A DNA stretch of 64,000 nt from Tangfeifania diversioriginum (lineage in GTDB: Bacteria > Bacteroidota > Bacteroidia > Bacteroidales > Prolixibacteraceae). Position 1 is the first letter of the stretch. Every line of letters begins with the position of its first letter. The DNA lies in contig CAMCBW010000029.1 of the NCBI GenBank assembly GCA_945873105.1, positions 9,091 through 73,090 of the forward strand. The letters are read 5' to 3'. A program made the position numbers and the translations under genes. The notes beneath the pieces are model-generated. The model was not told where the DNA came from. It did not search any database and saw only the letters and a list, made by a program, of their open reading frames with translations. Below, one piece after another: positions 8,434 through 18,227 of this stretch.

Positions 8434-9849
8434 ATGAAGAAAGTATTGTTTCTTGCCTTTTTGTTGGCAATGCTTCTATGTCAAACGAATGGAGCTTTTG
8501 CAGAAGTGCGCCTCCCTTCAATCCTTGGAAGTCACATGGTGCTTCAACAAAAAAGTGAAGTCAATTTGTGGGGATGGTGCAATCCATCCGAGAAGATTCA
8601 GGTGAAATGTTCCTGGGATACCACCAGTTACAGCACCAAAGGCACTTCGGGTGCAAAATGGAGCCTGAAGATCAAAACACCTGTAGCGGGAGGACCATAT
8701 ACCATCACCATCAACCAAAAGATGCTCCTGGAGGATGTGATGGTCGGTGAGGTTTGGCTCTGCGGAGGACAAAGTAACATGGAATGGAGCGGTGTACAGA
8801 AATTGAAACAATCTTTGGAGGAGGCACCTTTGGCGACCAACCAAAAGATTCGCTTTTTTTATGTACCCAAGGCGACTGCCGACACACCCCAGGAAGATAC
8901 CAGGGCAGGCTGGAAAGTTTGCACTCCCGATGAGATGGTTCGATTCAGTGCCATTGGCTATTTTTTTGGCAAGAAACTGCAACAGGTGCTGGATTTGCCG
9001 GTGGGCCTGATCAACAGCAACTGGGGAGGAACCCCTGCTGAAACCTGGACTCCCAGGGAGGTGGTTGAGCAAGATCCTGTGCTGAAGGAAGCCTCCCTTA
9101 AACTTCGCCCAGCAGATGGATGGCCGATCACACCCGGATCCAGCTACCAGGCAATGATTGCCCCCCTGGTTAAATTCAAAATTGCTGGAGTAATATGGTA
9201 CCAGGGGGAGAGTAACACCCAAAACTATCCCTCCTATTCCCATTTGATGGAGCGAATGATAGGGTCGTGGCGAGCCTCCTGGGCAGATAATTTTCCATTT
9301 TACTTTGTTCAGATTGCCCCATTTTCCTACGGATTTTACAATGTAGGAGCGCTGATCAGGGAGCAACAGACGAAATGCCTCACCATTCCTGCTACAGGAA
9401 TGGTTGTGGTTCACGACCTGGTGGACGATGTCAACAACATTCACCCGGTGAAAAAACGTGAAGTGGCCCTGCGACTGGCCGATCTGGCATTGGCCGAAAA
9501 TTATGGTGCTAAGGGTGTTGTATACAAATACCCCATGTACAAAGGTATGGTCATCGAGAAAAACCGGGTTCGTATTCTTTTTGACAATGCGGAAAATGGA
9601 CTTGTCGCAACTGACAAGGTCCCCAACGAATTCTATGTAGCAGGCACTGATCAAAAATTTTTGTACGCAAATGCAAGAATTGAGGGGAAAAGTGTAGTCG
9701 TTTGGAACAAAGCGGTGAAGGAACCTGTTGCTGTAAGGTTTGGATTCAGCAATACCTCTGTTCCCAACCTCTTTAACAAGGAGGGAATGCCCGTAAATTT
9801 GTTCCGTACAGATCAGTGGGAGGTGAAAACCGAGGCGGTCGTAAAATAG
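8434..9849 (+). CDS. Sialate O-acetylesterase family (SGNH/DUF303) protein
   Basis: Signal peptide MKKVLFLAFLLAMLL. Catalytic-serine block WLCGGQSNMEW, then NSNWGGTPAE and VIWYQGESN blocks typical of sialic-acid 9-O-acetylesterases. The ORF opens at 8383, but the Met at 8434 precedes the signal peptide. Confidence 0.82.
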   Translation: MKKVLFLAFLLAMLLCQTNGAFAEVRLPSILGSHMVLQQKSEVNLWGWCNPSEKIQVKCSWDTTSYSTKGTSGAKWSLKIKTPVAGGPYTITINQKMLLEDVMVGEVWLCGGQSNMEWSGVQKLKQSLEEAPLATNQKIRFFYVPKATADTPQEDTRAGWKVCTPDEMVRFSAIGYFFGKKLQQVLDLPVGLINSNWGGTPAETWTPREVVEQDPVLKEASLKLRPADGWPITPGSSYQAMIAPLVKFKIAGVIWYQGESNTQNYPSYSHLMERMIGSWRASWADNFPFYFVQIAPFSYGFYNVGALIREQQTKCLTIPATGMVVVHDLVDDVNNIHPVKKREVALRLADLALAENYGAKGVVYKYPMYKGMVIEKNRVRILFDNAENGLVATDKVPNEFYVAGTDQKFLYANARIEGKSVVVWNKAVKEPVAVRFGFSNTSVPNLFNKEGMPVNLFRTDQWEVKTEAVVK

Positions 9850-9870
9850 CCAAGGACTGGATTCATTTGT

Positions 9871-11292
9871 TTATTTAAGATTCAACTGCACTTTCAGAAA
9901 CTTGACTGCGGATTCTACATCCAGCCTTTTGGCCACAATTTTTTTGTTTTTGTCGATAATGTAAATGATCGGCGTACTGGTTACATCGTAGAGCCTTCTG
10001 AAATTGGAGGTATACATGGGATCCCAAACATTGGTCCACTCCTGGATTTTATACTCCTGGATTGCTTTCATCCATTTCTCCTTGTTGTTCTGGGTGAGTA
10101 CGGCGTAAATGTCAACTCCTTTGCCTTTCAACTCCTGAAACAGCTCTTTGTTCAACTGGGGAGTGGTTTTCTGACAATGGTTGCAGTCAGGTTCCCAGAA
10201 GTACAACAAGGTGAACTTTGCATTCATCTGTCTGAGGCTGTAATAGTTGCCTTCCGAATCCTGCAGCTTTAGCTCGGGTGCAGTATTTCCTATCAGGTTT
10301 GGTTTAACCGCAATAACCCGCTCCCGTATTTTGGCGACGACCGCTGTGTCGAGCCAGGGTTTTGGATCATTGAGCACATATTTTTCTGATAGCGCGACAA
10401 AAACCTTGTCCATTCCCATGATTTGAGACTGGTTGGATTCGTTGAGCAGATACAGGAAAACATAGCGGTAGACCTCTTCATTTTGCTTGGATTTCTCGAT
10501 GACCCTGATCATGGGATGAAGCAGGGAATCCGGTATTTGAAGAATCATATTTTTGAAGTAGGTATTTAGTTTCTCCTGGAACAAAGGGGTACGGATTAGT
10601 CCGGATTGTGCAAAATTGAAATTGTCCCAGTAATGATCCTTCAGGAATGTGTATTTGTGGACCCATTTGAGTGAATCAGGATTCTTTGCCGAAGCAGGAA
10701 TGGTGGGTTCATCTGCGACAGGGATCATCATGGATAGGAAAAAATCGGCAAGAAAAGTACCCTTGTATTTGTTGGCGGTTTCTCTCCAGTATCTCTCCAT
10801 GCCATTGTTAAGTTCTGAAAGCTCTTTTTGATAGATGGGTATTGAATCACTTTTGGGTGTAAGTTGTTTCAGCCTGTTTTGATAATTTATCTGCTTTGCC
10901 TTTTGCTTGTTGAGATAATACTGGTATTCATGGAAGGCAACACTTTCTGCCGCACCATTGAATTTGTTTTGGGTGCTGTTTTTGAAATCAGCCTCAATCG
11001 AGAACTGCTGGTCATTGCCCATTAAAAATTCAAAATAATTTTTGTCATTCAGGTAAAAGAGGTAGAGCCCCTCTTTGAATGGCTTTTCTCGCTCCAGCAT
11101 ACCTGCGCCTTCATGGTTCAGCCTGACAGAGTCGGCCTTGAGTATCTTATCCCCATAATAATTGGCTAAAAAGAGCGTCGTATCCTTGAGCCCTTTCATT
11201 TTAATACCAATCTGGCACTTCATCATGGGTTTCTGAGCGGAAAGCAGGATTCCGGCTACAATTAGTATCAAGAGATTTGATCGTCTGAACAT
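9871..11292 (-). CDS. TlpA-like thioredoxin-fold thiol:disulfide oxidoreductase with an N-terminal extra domain
   Basis: C-terminal thioredoxin fold with a CxxC motif (FWEPDCNHCQ). Signal-like N-terminus MFRRSNLLILIVAGILL. The ORF-track start at 11325 is TTG; the ATG at 11292 is preferred. Confidence 0.72.
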   Translation of the reverse strand: MFRRSNLLILIVAGILLSAQKPMMKCQIGIKMKGLKDTTLFLANYYGDKILKADSVRLNHEGAGMLEREKPFKEGLYLFYLNDKNYFEFLMGNDQQFSIEADFKNSTQNKFNGAAESVAFHEYQYYLNKQKAKQINYQNRLKQLTPKSDSIPIYQKELSELNNGMERYWRETANKYKGTFLADFFLSMMIPVADEPTIPASAKNPDSLKWVHKYTFLKDHYWDNFNFAQSGLIRTPLFQEKLNTYFKNMILQIPDSLLHPMIRVIEKSKQNEEVYRYVFLYLLNESNQSQIMGMDKVFVALSEKYVLNDPKPWLDTAVVAKIRERVIAVKPNLIGNTAPELKLQDSEGNYYSLRQMNAKFTLLYFWEPDCNHCQKTTPQLNKELFQELKGKGVDIYAVLTQNNKEKWMKAIQEYKIQEWTNVWDPMYTSNFRRLYDVTSTPIIYIIDKNKKIVAKRLDVESAVKFLKVQLNLK

Positions 11293-11556
11293 ATTATTGC
11301 AAAGAGGTTTGAACATAATTTTCAAGCCGCAAGATCCTTCTGATAACCGGTTGGTTGGGGTGTGCCCTTACCAACCAATGGTTCAAAGAGGAAGCTGCGG
11401 CTTGCGATAACTTCACTCACATCACTGTGCGAAGTTATATACTATTTGGATTTTTTCAAATCAACTCTGAAAGGGAAATGATGATATGCCAAGTGACGTT
11501 TGAGCAGGGTTAAAAAGTAAGCTGCTATTTGAACATGTGCTCCAATCGGGAGGTCA

Positions 11557-12588
11557 TTACTTGATAAGAATCACATTCCCGTAACTACTTTCTACCGCTA
11601 CTGTTGATTTCGGGGAATCTGAGTTTCCGATGGTCCCATCAACTTCATAGCTGTTGTCCTCTTTCATACGGTTCAGTTTCCCGCTGGGATGTTTGATGTC
11701 ACAATACCTGACATTCCCCTTGAGCCTGTAGGAGGCGGCAGGGTCAATACCCAACCTGATGGTGGCATAACGGCTGCTGACCTTGATACTGTTGAAATTA
11801 GATGGAATGGAGGTTATACTCATATCCCCGTAGCCATTGGTAAAAGTCAGGGAGGAGATCAACTCTTCTATTTTGTAGCCGGTATACATCGAGTTGGAGG
11901 TCAGATTTTCGACGCTTTTTATTTTGATGTCGTCATATTTTGATTCTATTGTTGCCTCCTTACACACTCCGATGTTCAATCCGGAATACCTGGAGTCAAG
12001 TTTGAGATTTTCCCCTTTGGCAAGGGTGATTTTTGAATACCGGATGTTGAGATCGAGGTTCCTGGTGGCATCCAGGTAAACTTTGCTGTAGGCAATCTCC
12101 ATGTTTAGTTGCGGTGCCAGCAGCTCTTTGCCCCTCAGTTCACCGTATTTGATGTCAAAAACACCTTTCCCGGTTAGGTTGTTCATGTGGACATTCCCGT
12201 ATTTTTGAGTGACTGTCAGATTTCTGTCAGCAGGAACCGAAACCACATAATCGATGCTAAACTCCAGGTTGTTGTTGTTAAAGTCATTCCTAAAATCTGT
12301 TGTTGCAGAGACGGTATTTCCATTGGTTGCAATATTGACGCTGATATTGTCCAGCAATCGCTGTGCACGGCTGCCGGAACCCTCCACCCAAATCTCCGCG
12401 CTGATGACTACTGAATCTTTCCGGTTGTCGTCAATTTGTATATTCCCATATTTGTTGGAAAGTTCCAGCGATGATACCTGGCTCAGAGGGAAACTCCTGT
12501 AAACTCTTTTGGTAATTTTCTGTGCCTGCAGTTGAAGTGAACCTACCATCAACAAAACCAGCACCAATCTAAAGCTCTTTGTTTTCAT
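11557..12588 (-). CDS. DUF4097-like beta-strand repeat protein (putative adhesin fold), third gene of the ECF operon
   Basis: Signal peptide (MKTKSFRLVLVLLMVGSLQLQA) and repetitive beta-strand modules (YGNIQI, YGNVHM, YGDMSI, YGNVILI). It lies downstream of the sigma and anti-sigma genes. Confidence 0.65.
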   Translation of the reverse strand: MKTKSFRLVLVLLMVGSLQLQAQKITKRVYRSFPLSQVSSLELSNKYGNIQIDDNRKDSVVISAEIWVEGSGSRAQRLLDNISVNIATNGNTVSATTDFRNDFNNNNLEFSIDYVVSVPADRNLTVTQKYGNVHMNNLTGKGVFDIKYGELRGKELLAPQLNMEIAYSKVYLDATRNLDLNIRYSKITLAKGENLKLDSRYSGLNIGVCKEATIESKYDDIKIKSVENLTSNSMYTGYKIEELISSLTFTNGYGDMSITSIPSNFNSIKVSSRYATIRLGIDPAASYRLKGNVRYCDIKHPSGKLNRMKEDNSYEVDGTIGNSDSPKSTVAVESSYGNVILIK

Positions 12589-13123
12589 TTTTGTTATTTT
12601 TAATTGTTTGAACATTTTGCAGATCCGACTTTATTTTTTCGATGATGTCTAGTTTGGTTTGGTAATAGGCTATCATGGCATTTACCACCCTTTCATCATC
12701 TGGATTTTCGCGGTACTCTTTTCGCAGATCATCGTAGAGCTGGTCCATCTCTGCCAGTTCCTTCTCAACCTGCACGAGCTCCTGGTTGCTCCCGATTCCC
12801 TTGTCCGCCATGCTCTTCAGTTGTAAAATTCCACTGTGGATGCGAACATTGTAAAAGCGGGCTGTCTCATTCATCTCCTTGTTGGCAAAGCCCTTTGTCA
12901 CTTTCCCCGATTTGGATGGCAGCAGGTAAAGGAAAAGATTGGCTGAAAGCAGGAAAATGATCAGAACTGAAGCGATTTTTAGGAATGGCCAACGATTGCC
13001 CTTTGGTTTTTGAAGGGCGTGATATTGATCCAATTTGGTTTCAAATCGCTGGAAGTGACCCGCTACCGGCTCCTCCTCGAAGGCCTCACGGTGATCCTGA
13101 AATATTTTAGTTAATTTATCCAT
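12569..13123 (-). CDS. Putative anti-sigma factor (single-pass membrane protein)
   Basis: 184 aa with one central TM segment (FLKIASVLIIFLLSANLFLYLL). It overlaps the stop of the ECF sigma gene by 8 nt. Confidence 0.6.
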   Translation of the reverse strand: MDKLTKIFQDHREAFEEEPVAGHFQRFETKLDQYHALQKPKGNRWPFLKIASVLIIFLLSANLFLYLLPSKSGKVTKGFANKEMNETARFYNVRIHSGILQLKSMADKGIGSNQELVQVEKELAEMDQLYDDLRKEYRENPDDERVVNAMIAYYQTKLDIIEKIKSDLQNVQTIKNNKNENKEL

Positions 13124-13676
13124 GTTGTTCGAATGTCAATTGTTTAACTCTTTTTTCTATCAGCAAATTGCGGAGCTGCTGTTTGGCCCTGCTGAGTTGG
13201 GTCCGGCTGGTGACATTGCTGATTCCCAGAATTTCACTGACCTCCTCGTGGTCGTATCCTTCCAGCAACAGCAACGATAAAATGGTCCTGTATCCATCCG
13301 ACAGCTGAAAAATAGCCTGCTTGATCTCTTCCAGCGTAAAGGCAGTTTCATCCTCACGTTCCTCTTCCAGGATGGCATGTTCCGGACGAACCTCCTCGAA
13401 TTCAACTTTGCGCCTCCTCAGGTAATCCAAAGAACGGTTGATTACGATGCGCTTCAGCCAGATGCCAAAACTAACCTCTCCCTTGTAAGTGTCAAGTTTC
13501 TGAAAGGCTGTCAGAAAAGACTCCTGCATGATATCTTCCGCATCATCGGTTTGATTCACAATTCTGAGCGAAGTGTTGTACATGGATCGGTAATACAGTT
13601 TGTAGAGACTAAACTGTGCCGTCTTGTCATTTTGAATACACCTGTCGATCAGTGGTTGATGAATGTTGATGTACAT
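13116..13676 (-). CDS. ECF-type RNA polymerase sigma-70 factor
   Basis: Region 2 (AEDIMQESFLTAFQKLDTYKGEVSFGIWLKRIVINRSLDYLRRRK) and region 4 HTH (GYDHEEVSEILGISNVTSRTQLSRAKQQL). The start is taken at Met 13676; the ORF opens at 13742. Confidence 0.9.
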   Translation of the reverse strand: MYINIHQPLIDRCIQNDKTAQFSLYKLYYRSMYNTSLRIVNQTDDAEDIMQESFLTAFQKLDTYKGEVSFGIWLKRIVINRSLDYLRRRKVEFEEVRPEHAILEEEREDETAFTLEEIKQAIFQLSDGYRTILSLLLLEGYDHEEVSEILGISNVTSRTQLSRAKQQLRNLLIEKRVKQLTFEQHG

Positions 13677-13881
13677 CGTTTTTCTGATTTCTCTTATTTT
13701 TACTACAATGACGCTGCTGTTCACCAAATGTTGCACCTGCAACCAATATTTTTTTTATTCAGGGACGAAAGAAGCACAATTTACCAATTCTTTGGCTTTT
13801 GACGGAAAAAAAAGGATGGTAAACCGATTCTTTGCCCGTTGGTTCAATCTTATTGCCTAATTTTAGAAGGTCAGAATTTTA

Positions 13882-14319
13882 ATGCCGATGAAGAGCTACG
13901 ATCCCCAGATGCATTCAGCCGAGCACATCCTGAACCAGACCATGGTCCGGCAGTATGGATGTGAACGATCTTTTTCCAGTCATATCGAGAAGAAAAAGTC
14001 AAAATGTGATTACCATTTCGACAGACCGCTAACGGTAGAGGAGGAGCTTGCGCTTGCCGGTCAGGTCAACCAAATCATCAGCGGTAACCATTGTATCACA
14101 GAGCAATTGGTGGCAATGGAAGAAGCAATGCATACCTTTAACCTGAAGAGGTTACCTGAAGCGGTAGGTAGTTTCGTTCGAATAGTCTCCATTGGGGATT
14201 ACGACCACTGTCCATGTATTGGCCCACATGTTCAGAATACTTCTGAAATAGGTGTTTTCCAACTGGTTTCAACCAGTTTTGAAGAGGGCATTTTGCGGAT
14301 TCGTTTCAAACTGAAGTAG
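13882..14319 (+). CDS. AlaX-type alanyl-tRNA editing domain protein (tRNA_SAD)
   Basis: 145 aa with Zn-binding motifs HxxxH (HSAEH) and CxxxH (CPCIGPH), characteristic of Thr/Ala-tRNA synthetase editing domains. Confidence 0.8.
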   Translation: MPMKSYDPQMHSAEHILNQTMVRQYGCERSFSSHIEKKKSKCDYHFDRPLTVEEELALAGQVNQIISGNHCITEQLVAMEEAMHTFNLKRLPEAVGSFVRIVSIGDYDHCPCIGPHVQNTSEIGVFQLVSTSFEEGILRIRFKLK

Positions 14320-14328
14320 AAAGATTCC

Positions 14329-17300
14329 ATGGAAAACAACGGTGGTCTCAAGATTTACAAGGCATCTGCAGGATCCGGTAAAACCTTCCTACTGGTAGAG
14401 GCCTACCTGAAGATGTTGTTCGCCAATCCGCATTCCTACCGCAATATTCTTGCAGTAACTTTTACCAACAAAGCAACTTCTGAGATGAAGGAAAGGATAC
14501 TGAAAGAACTTGCCAATCTTGCGGCAGGCAGGGGTTCAGGCTATTCCGAAACCTTGAAGGAATTTGGCAGTGAGTTGAAAATCAAGAGCCAGGCATCGTT
14601 GATCTTGAAAAAAATCTTACACGATTATTCGCGGTTTTCCGTCATGACCATTGATAGTTTCTTCCAAAAAATCATCAGGTCTTTTGCCAGGGAGATACGG
14701 TTAAATGCCTCTTTTAAAACGGAGATAGACAATAAGCAGGCGATGGAAGACGCCATCGACCGGTTGTTTCAGGAGGTTGACAGCAATGAGTTGCTAATGG
14801 ACTGGATGATGCAATTTCTGGAGGAGAATCTGGATGACGGCATCAGCTGGGACTTTAGAAAGGAGCTGGTAAAATTTGGGAGGGAGGTTGAGAAAGAGGC
14901 CTTCAAGGTTCATGGAGATGAATTTCTGGATACCCTCACCGGGAAGGAGAAATTAAGTGGGTACATCAGTGAGGTCAAACAAGCCGGAAATGCAGCCGAA
15001 ATGCATTTGAGATCATTGGGACAGCGGGGAATTGTGTTGATGGCAAACGCTGGAATAGCCTACGACCAGTTTAAGTCAGGAAGAAACTCCTTTGCCAACC
15101 TTTTCAATAAACTGGCCAACGGGAAGTTTGATATCCCGGGAAAAACTGTCCTGGAAGCTTGTGACAACCTGGAAAACTGGTTTAAAAAAACGGATACACC
15201 ACAGTTCAAAAAGCAGGCAGAGGAGCTGTACAACAATGGTTTGAACAGCTTGCTGAGAGAGTCAATTGAGGCATTGGATCATCAAATGTGTATCGTCAAC
15301 AGCTGTCAGGCCATCCTGAAAAACATCTACCCTTTTGGCCTTTTGGGAAATATAGCATTGAAGATAAAAGAGGTTCTCCGAGAAAAAAATACGGTGTTGC
15401 TGAGTGATTCTGGCCGGATGATCGGCCGGATCATTGATGGGAATGATACCCCTTTCATTTATGAGAAGGTAGGATTGATTTACCGCTATTTCATGCTGGA
15501 TGAGTTTCAGGATACCTCCAGACAGCAATGGGATAATTTTAAACCGCTGATAGAGAATTCTTTGGCGTCAGGATATCCCTCTTTGGTGGTGGGTGATGTC
15601 AAGCAATCAATTTACCGATGGAGGAACGGAGACTGGAATCTGTTGGCAAACCAGCTGGCGGAAGATCTGCGCCACCAAAATGTTACCGTAAAGAATTTGG
15701 AGAAAAATTGGCGAAGTGGTAAGAGTATCCTGGATTTTAACAATTCACTCTACAGGTTTGCGTCGCAATATCTGAACGACTACATCAAATCAGAAACCGA
15801 TGAACCCGGATATGCAGCACTTCATGGGGTAATCGCCAGTGCTTATGAAGGGCATTACCAGGAGAAAGCCCTGTCCGGATCAGCGGATGGACTTGTGGAG
15901 ATGCGATTCATTGAACCGGATGGAACAGCAAGCAAAGGAGCATTCAGGGAGAAAGCATTGAAGTTGCTCATGGAGGAGTTGGAAAGGGTTCAGATCGCAG
16001 GTGTAAAAGCTGAGGATATTGCCATTTTGGTAAGGGAAAATTCTGAAGCCGGATTGATTGCCAATGCGCTATGGGAAAGGAAAAAATGTGCTGCTGTGCC
16101 AGGGTGCAGCTACGATGTAATTACCAGCGACACCCTTAAAATAGGGCAATCCACTGTGGTGGGTTTTGTCGTCAATTTCATGAAATTTTTCCTTCGACGG
16201 GATTCATTGCAGCTGCGGGGAGAACTGTTGTATACTTACTACCGGATACTGCAACCCCTGATGATCCAGGATAACCAGAGTTCCCCCAAGGATCTTCATG
16301 AACTTTTCGATGCTGAAAATCCTTTGCCTGACCTTTTCCGGGAGTGGCTGGAAATGAATCCTCAGTCGGATTTTCAGAATGGTTTGCTTGCCTTGCCTTT
16401 GTATGAGCTTGCGGTGTCGGTGATCGAACATTTTGCCCTGGGAAAGATGACAGGAGAGAAGGTTTACCTGCAGGCTTTTCTGGATATGGTACTCGAATAC
16501 GGAAGGGAGGAGAGTGGCGGCATTCCTGGATTTCTTTCGTGGTGGGAGGTAAGCGGAAGTAACAAAACTTTGAATCTTTCCAATGTAAAGAATTTTATAC
16601 GGATCTCTTCCATTCACCAATCCAAGGGGTTGGAATACCACACCCTGTTTATCCCGTTCTGCAATTGGGAAATTGGATTGAATTCAAGAAAGCCGAATTA
16701 CATTTGGGCATTCCCTGGAGCAGCACCATTCAATGGACTTTCCATGGTTCTTTTAAAATGTGATCCACTGCTGAAAAATTCAATTTTTACCTACGACTAT
16801 TACCATGAATTGCTATACAGCATCATGGACAATCTTAACCTGCTCTATGTAGCTACTACCAGGGCCATCCATAACCTCTACCTGATCCTTCCTTACAAGG
16901 AGGGAAAACAAAAGACCAGCAATGTTGCTGAGTTGATCCAGGAACTGGTAGAGTCTCCTTACCAGGAAGATACTGTTGACAAGCAGAAATTCAGGGATTT
17001 GGGAGCCTTTTGGGATCCCGGCCGCAAGTATTTTAAGCTGGGATCACTGGTCTCCTCTGCCAAGGATCCCAAAATGGAGATAGACCTGCAACATGCCGGT
17101 GAACCTTTGATACTCAACCCCAACAACAGAATGAAGATCCGGTTGCACAGCAAGGACTATTTCCAGCTTTCGGGTGATGATAAGAATCAAAGAATCAATC
17201 AGGGAAATATGATGCACCAACTTTTTGAAAGAATAAAAAGCCGGAAGGATGTTGGAAATGCTGTTGCACAAATGGTTGCAGAGGGATTTCTAACAGCGCC

Positions 17301-17622
17301 CGAGGGGGAGTATTTCTTTGGGAAAATTGATCGGGTTTTGCAGGAATTGCCTTATTCGGATTGGTTTTCTGATCAGTGGAAAGTATTGAATGAGCGGGAA
17401 ATCCTGAGAGTCGGAGCATCAAGGCACCGCCCCGACCGCGTGCTGTTACAGGGAAACAGGGCAGTCGTAATTGATTACAAAACGGGGGAGGAATCAGAAA
17501 AGGATATTCGGCAAATGAAGGGATATCTTCAGGATCTTCAGAAAATGGGATACCTTTTGTGTGAAGGGAATCTTTGGTACCTTCAAAACAATGTGGTGGT
17601 TAGGGTAGGGGCGGAAATTTGA
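14329..17622 (+). CDS. UvrD/Rep-family helicase fused to a RecB-type PD-(D/E)XK nuclease (AddA/RecB-like)
   Basis: 1097 aa. Walker A (ASAGSGKTF), motif II (LDEFQDTS), motif III (VGDVKQSIYRWRNGD) and a late helicase motif (SIHQSKGLEY). The C-terminal nuclease signature is RPDRVLL...VVIDYKTGE. Confidence 0.85.
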   Translation: MENNGGLKIYKASAGSGKTFLLVEAYLKMLFANPHSYRNILAVTFTNKATSEMKERILKELANLAAGRGSGYSETLKEFGSELKIKSQASLILKKILHDYSRFSVMTIDSFFQKIIRSFAREIRLNASFKTEIDNKQAMEDAIDRLFQEVDSNELLMDWMMQFLEENLDDGISWDFRKELVKFGREVEKEAFKVHGDEFLDTLTGKEKLSGYISEVKQAGNAAEMHLRSLGQRGIVLMANAGIAYDQFKSGRNSFANLFNKLANGKFDIPGKTVLEACDNLENWFKKTDTPQFKKQAEELYNNGLNSLLRESIEALDHQMCIVNSCQAILKNIYPFGLLGNIALKIKEVLREKNTVLLSDSGRMIGRIIDGNDTPFIYEKVGLIYRYFMLDEFQDTSRQQWDNFKPLIENSLASGYPSLVVGDVKQSIYRWRNGDWNLLANQLAEDLRHQNVTVKNLEKNWRSGKSILDFNNSLYRFASQYLNDYIKSETDEPGYAALHGVIASAYEGHYQEKALSGSADGLVEMRFIEPDGTASKGAFREKALKLLMEELERVQIAGVKAEDIAILVRENSEAGLIANALWERKKCAAVPGCSYDVITSDTLKIGQSTVVGFVVNFMKFFLRRDSLQLRGELLYTYYRILQPLMIQDNQSSPKDLHELFDAENPLPDLFREWLEMNPQSDFQNGLLALPLYELAVSVIEHFALGKMTGEKVYLQAFLDMVLEYGREESGGIPGFLSWWEVSGSNKTLNLSNVKNFIRISSIHQSKGLEYHTLFIPFCNWEIGLNSRKPNYIWAFPGAAPFNGLSMVLLKCDPLLKNSIFTYDYYHELLYSIMDNLNLLYVATTRAIHNLYLILPYKEGKQKTSNVAELIQELVESPYQEDTVDKQKFRDLGAFWDPGRKYFKLGSLVSSAKDPKMEIDLQHAGEPLILNPNNRMKIRLHSKDYFQLSGDDKNQRINQGNMMHQLFERIKSRKDVGNAVAQMVAEGFLTAPEGEYFFGKIDRVLQELPYSDWFSDQWKVLNEREILRVGASRHRPDRVLLQGNRAVVIDYKTGEESEKDIRQMKGYLQDLQKMGYLLCEGNLWYLQNNVVVRVGAEI

Positions 17623-17623
17623 G

Positions 17624-17668
17624 TTGTTTGGAATGTTTGAAAAGTTTGAAATGTTTGAAATGTTTGAA
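17624..17668. repeat. Tandem 9-nt word array (AATGTTTGA, about 5 copies)
   Basis: ttgtttgg aatgtttga aaagtttga aatgtttga aatgtttga, starting 2 nt after the helicase stop codon. Confidence 0.9.
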
Positions 17669-17722
17669 GGGCAAGTGACGGATCATTGTTTCTAGACAAA
17701 GGGGTGTCACCTCCGGATTGGA

Positions 17723-17730
17723 TAAATTTG
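17723..17730 (+). promoter_or_regulatory. Bacteroidota-type -7 promoter box TAAATTTG
   Basis: Matches TAnnTTTG and lies 9 nt upstream of the 17739 ATG. This implies a very short or absent leader. Confidence 0.4.
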
Positions 17731-17738
17731 TATAAAAT

Positions 17739-18227
17739 ATGGCAAGAAAGATCTTAAATCCTTACCTGACTTCTGGTCGGAAGGATTACCACTGTTTTGG
17801 TTGTTCTCCCAACAATGACAAGGGTTTGCAGTTGAAATTCGAATTGGATGGAGACGAGGTGGTTGCAGTCTGGAATCCCCAAAAGTGGGCAGAAGGCTTT
17901 CGGAATGTTTTGCATGGTGGCATTCAGGCGGCCCTGCTGGATGAGCTCTGCAGCTGGGTCGTCCAGTCGCTTGGCAAGACGGTGGGCGTAACAACCTCTA
18001 TGGAGATCAGTTACAGGAAGGCGGTATTGATCAGTGACGGAGCGATTGTTTTAAGGGCAAAAATGACCGAGCAAACGACCCGGATGGCATTTGTCGAGGG
18101 TCGATTGCTTGGCAACGATGGAACCGTATGCGCTACGGCAAAATGCAAATTCTTTTTATTCCCTGTCGACAAGGCCATGTCTGAGTATGATTATCCGGGG
18201 GCGGAGGCATTTTTTGAAGAAGCATAG
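17739..18227 (+). CDS. PaaI-family hotdog-fold thioesterase
   Basis: 162 aa with an N-terminal CFGCSPNNDKGL motif and the catalytic-region motif VLHGGIQAALLDE. Confidence 0.72.
   Translation: MARKILNPYLTSGRKDYHCFGCSPNNDKGLQLKFELDGDEVVAVWNPQKWAEGFRNVLHGGIQAALLDELCSWVVQSLGKTVGVTTSMEISYRKAVLISDGAIVLRAKMTEQTTRMAFVEGRLLGNDGTVCATAKCKFFLFPVDKAMSEYDYPGAEAFFEEA

Noticed and set aside
8518-9654. Long antisense ORFs opposite well-supported genes: 8518..9654 (378 aa), 31997..32716, 44561..45265, 58751..59518, 62218..63066, 42663..43262, 46229..46834 and 54257..54772.
   Set aside because: Each lies entirely inside, and antisense to, a gene with clear family motifs. Their translations are low-complexity or Arg/Gly/His-rich with no motifs. 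Mirror ORFs of this kind are typical of mid-GC coding DNA.
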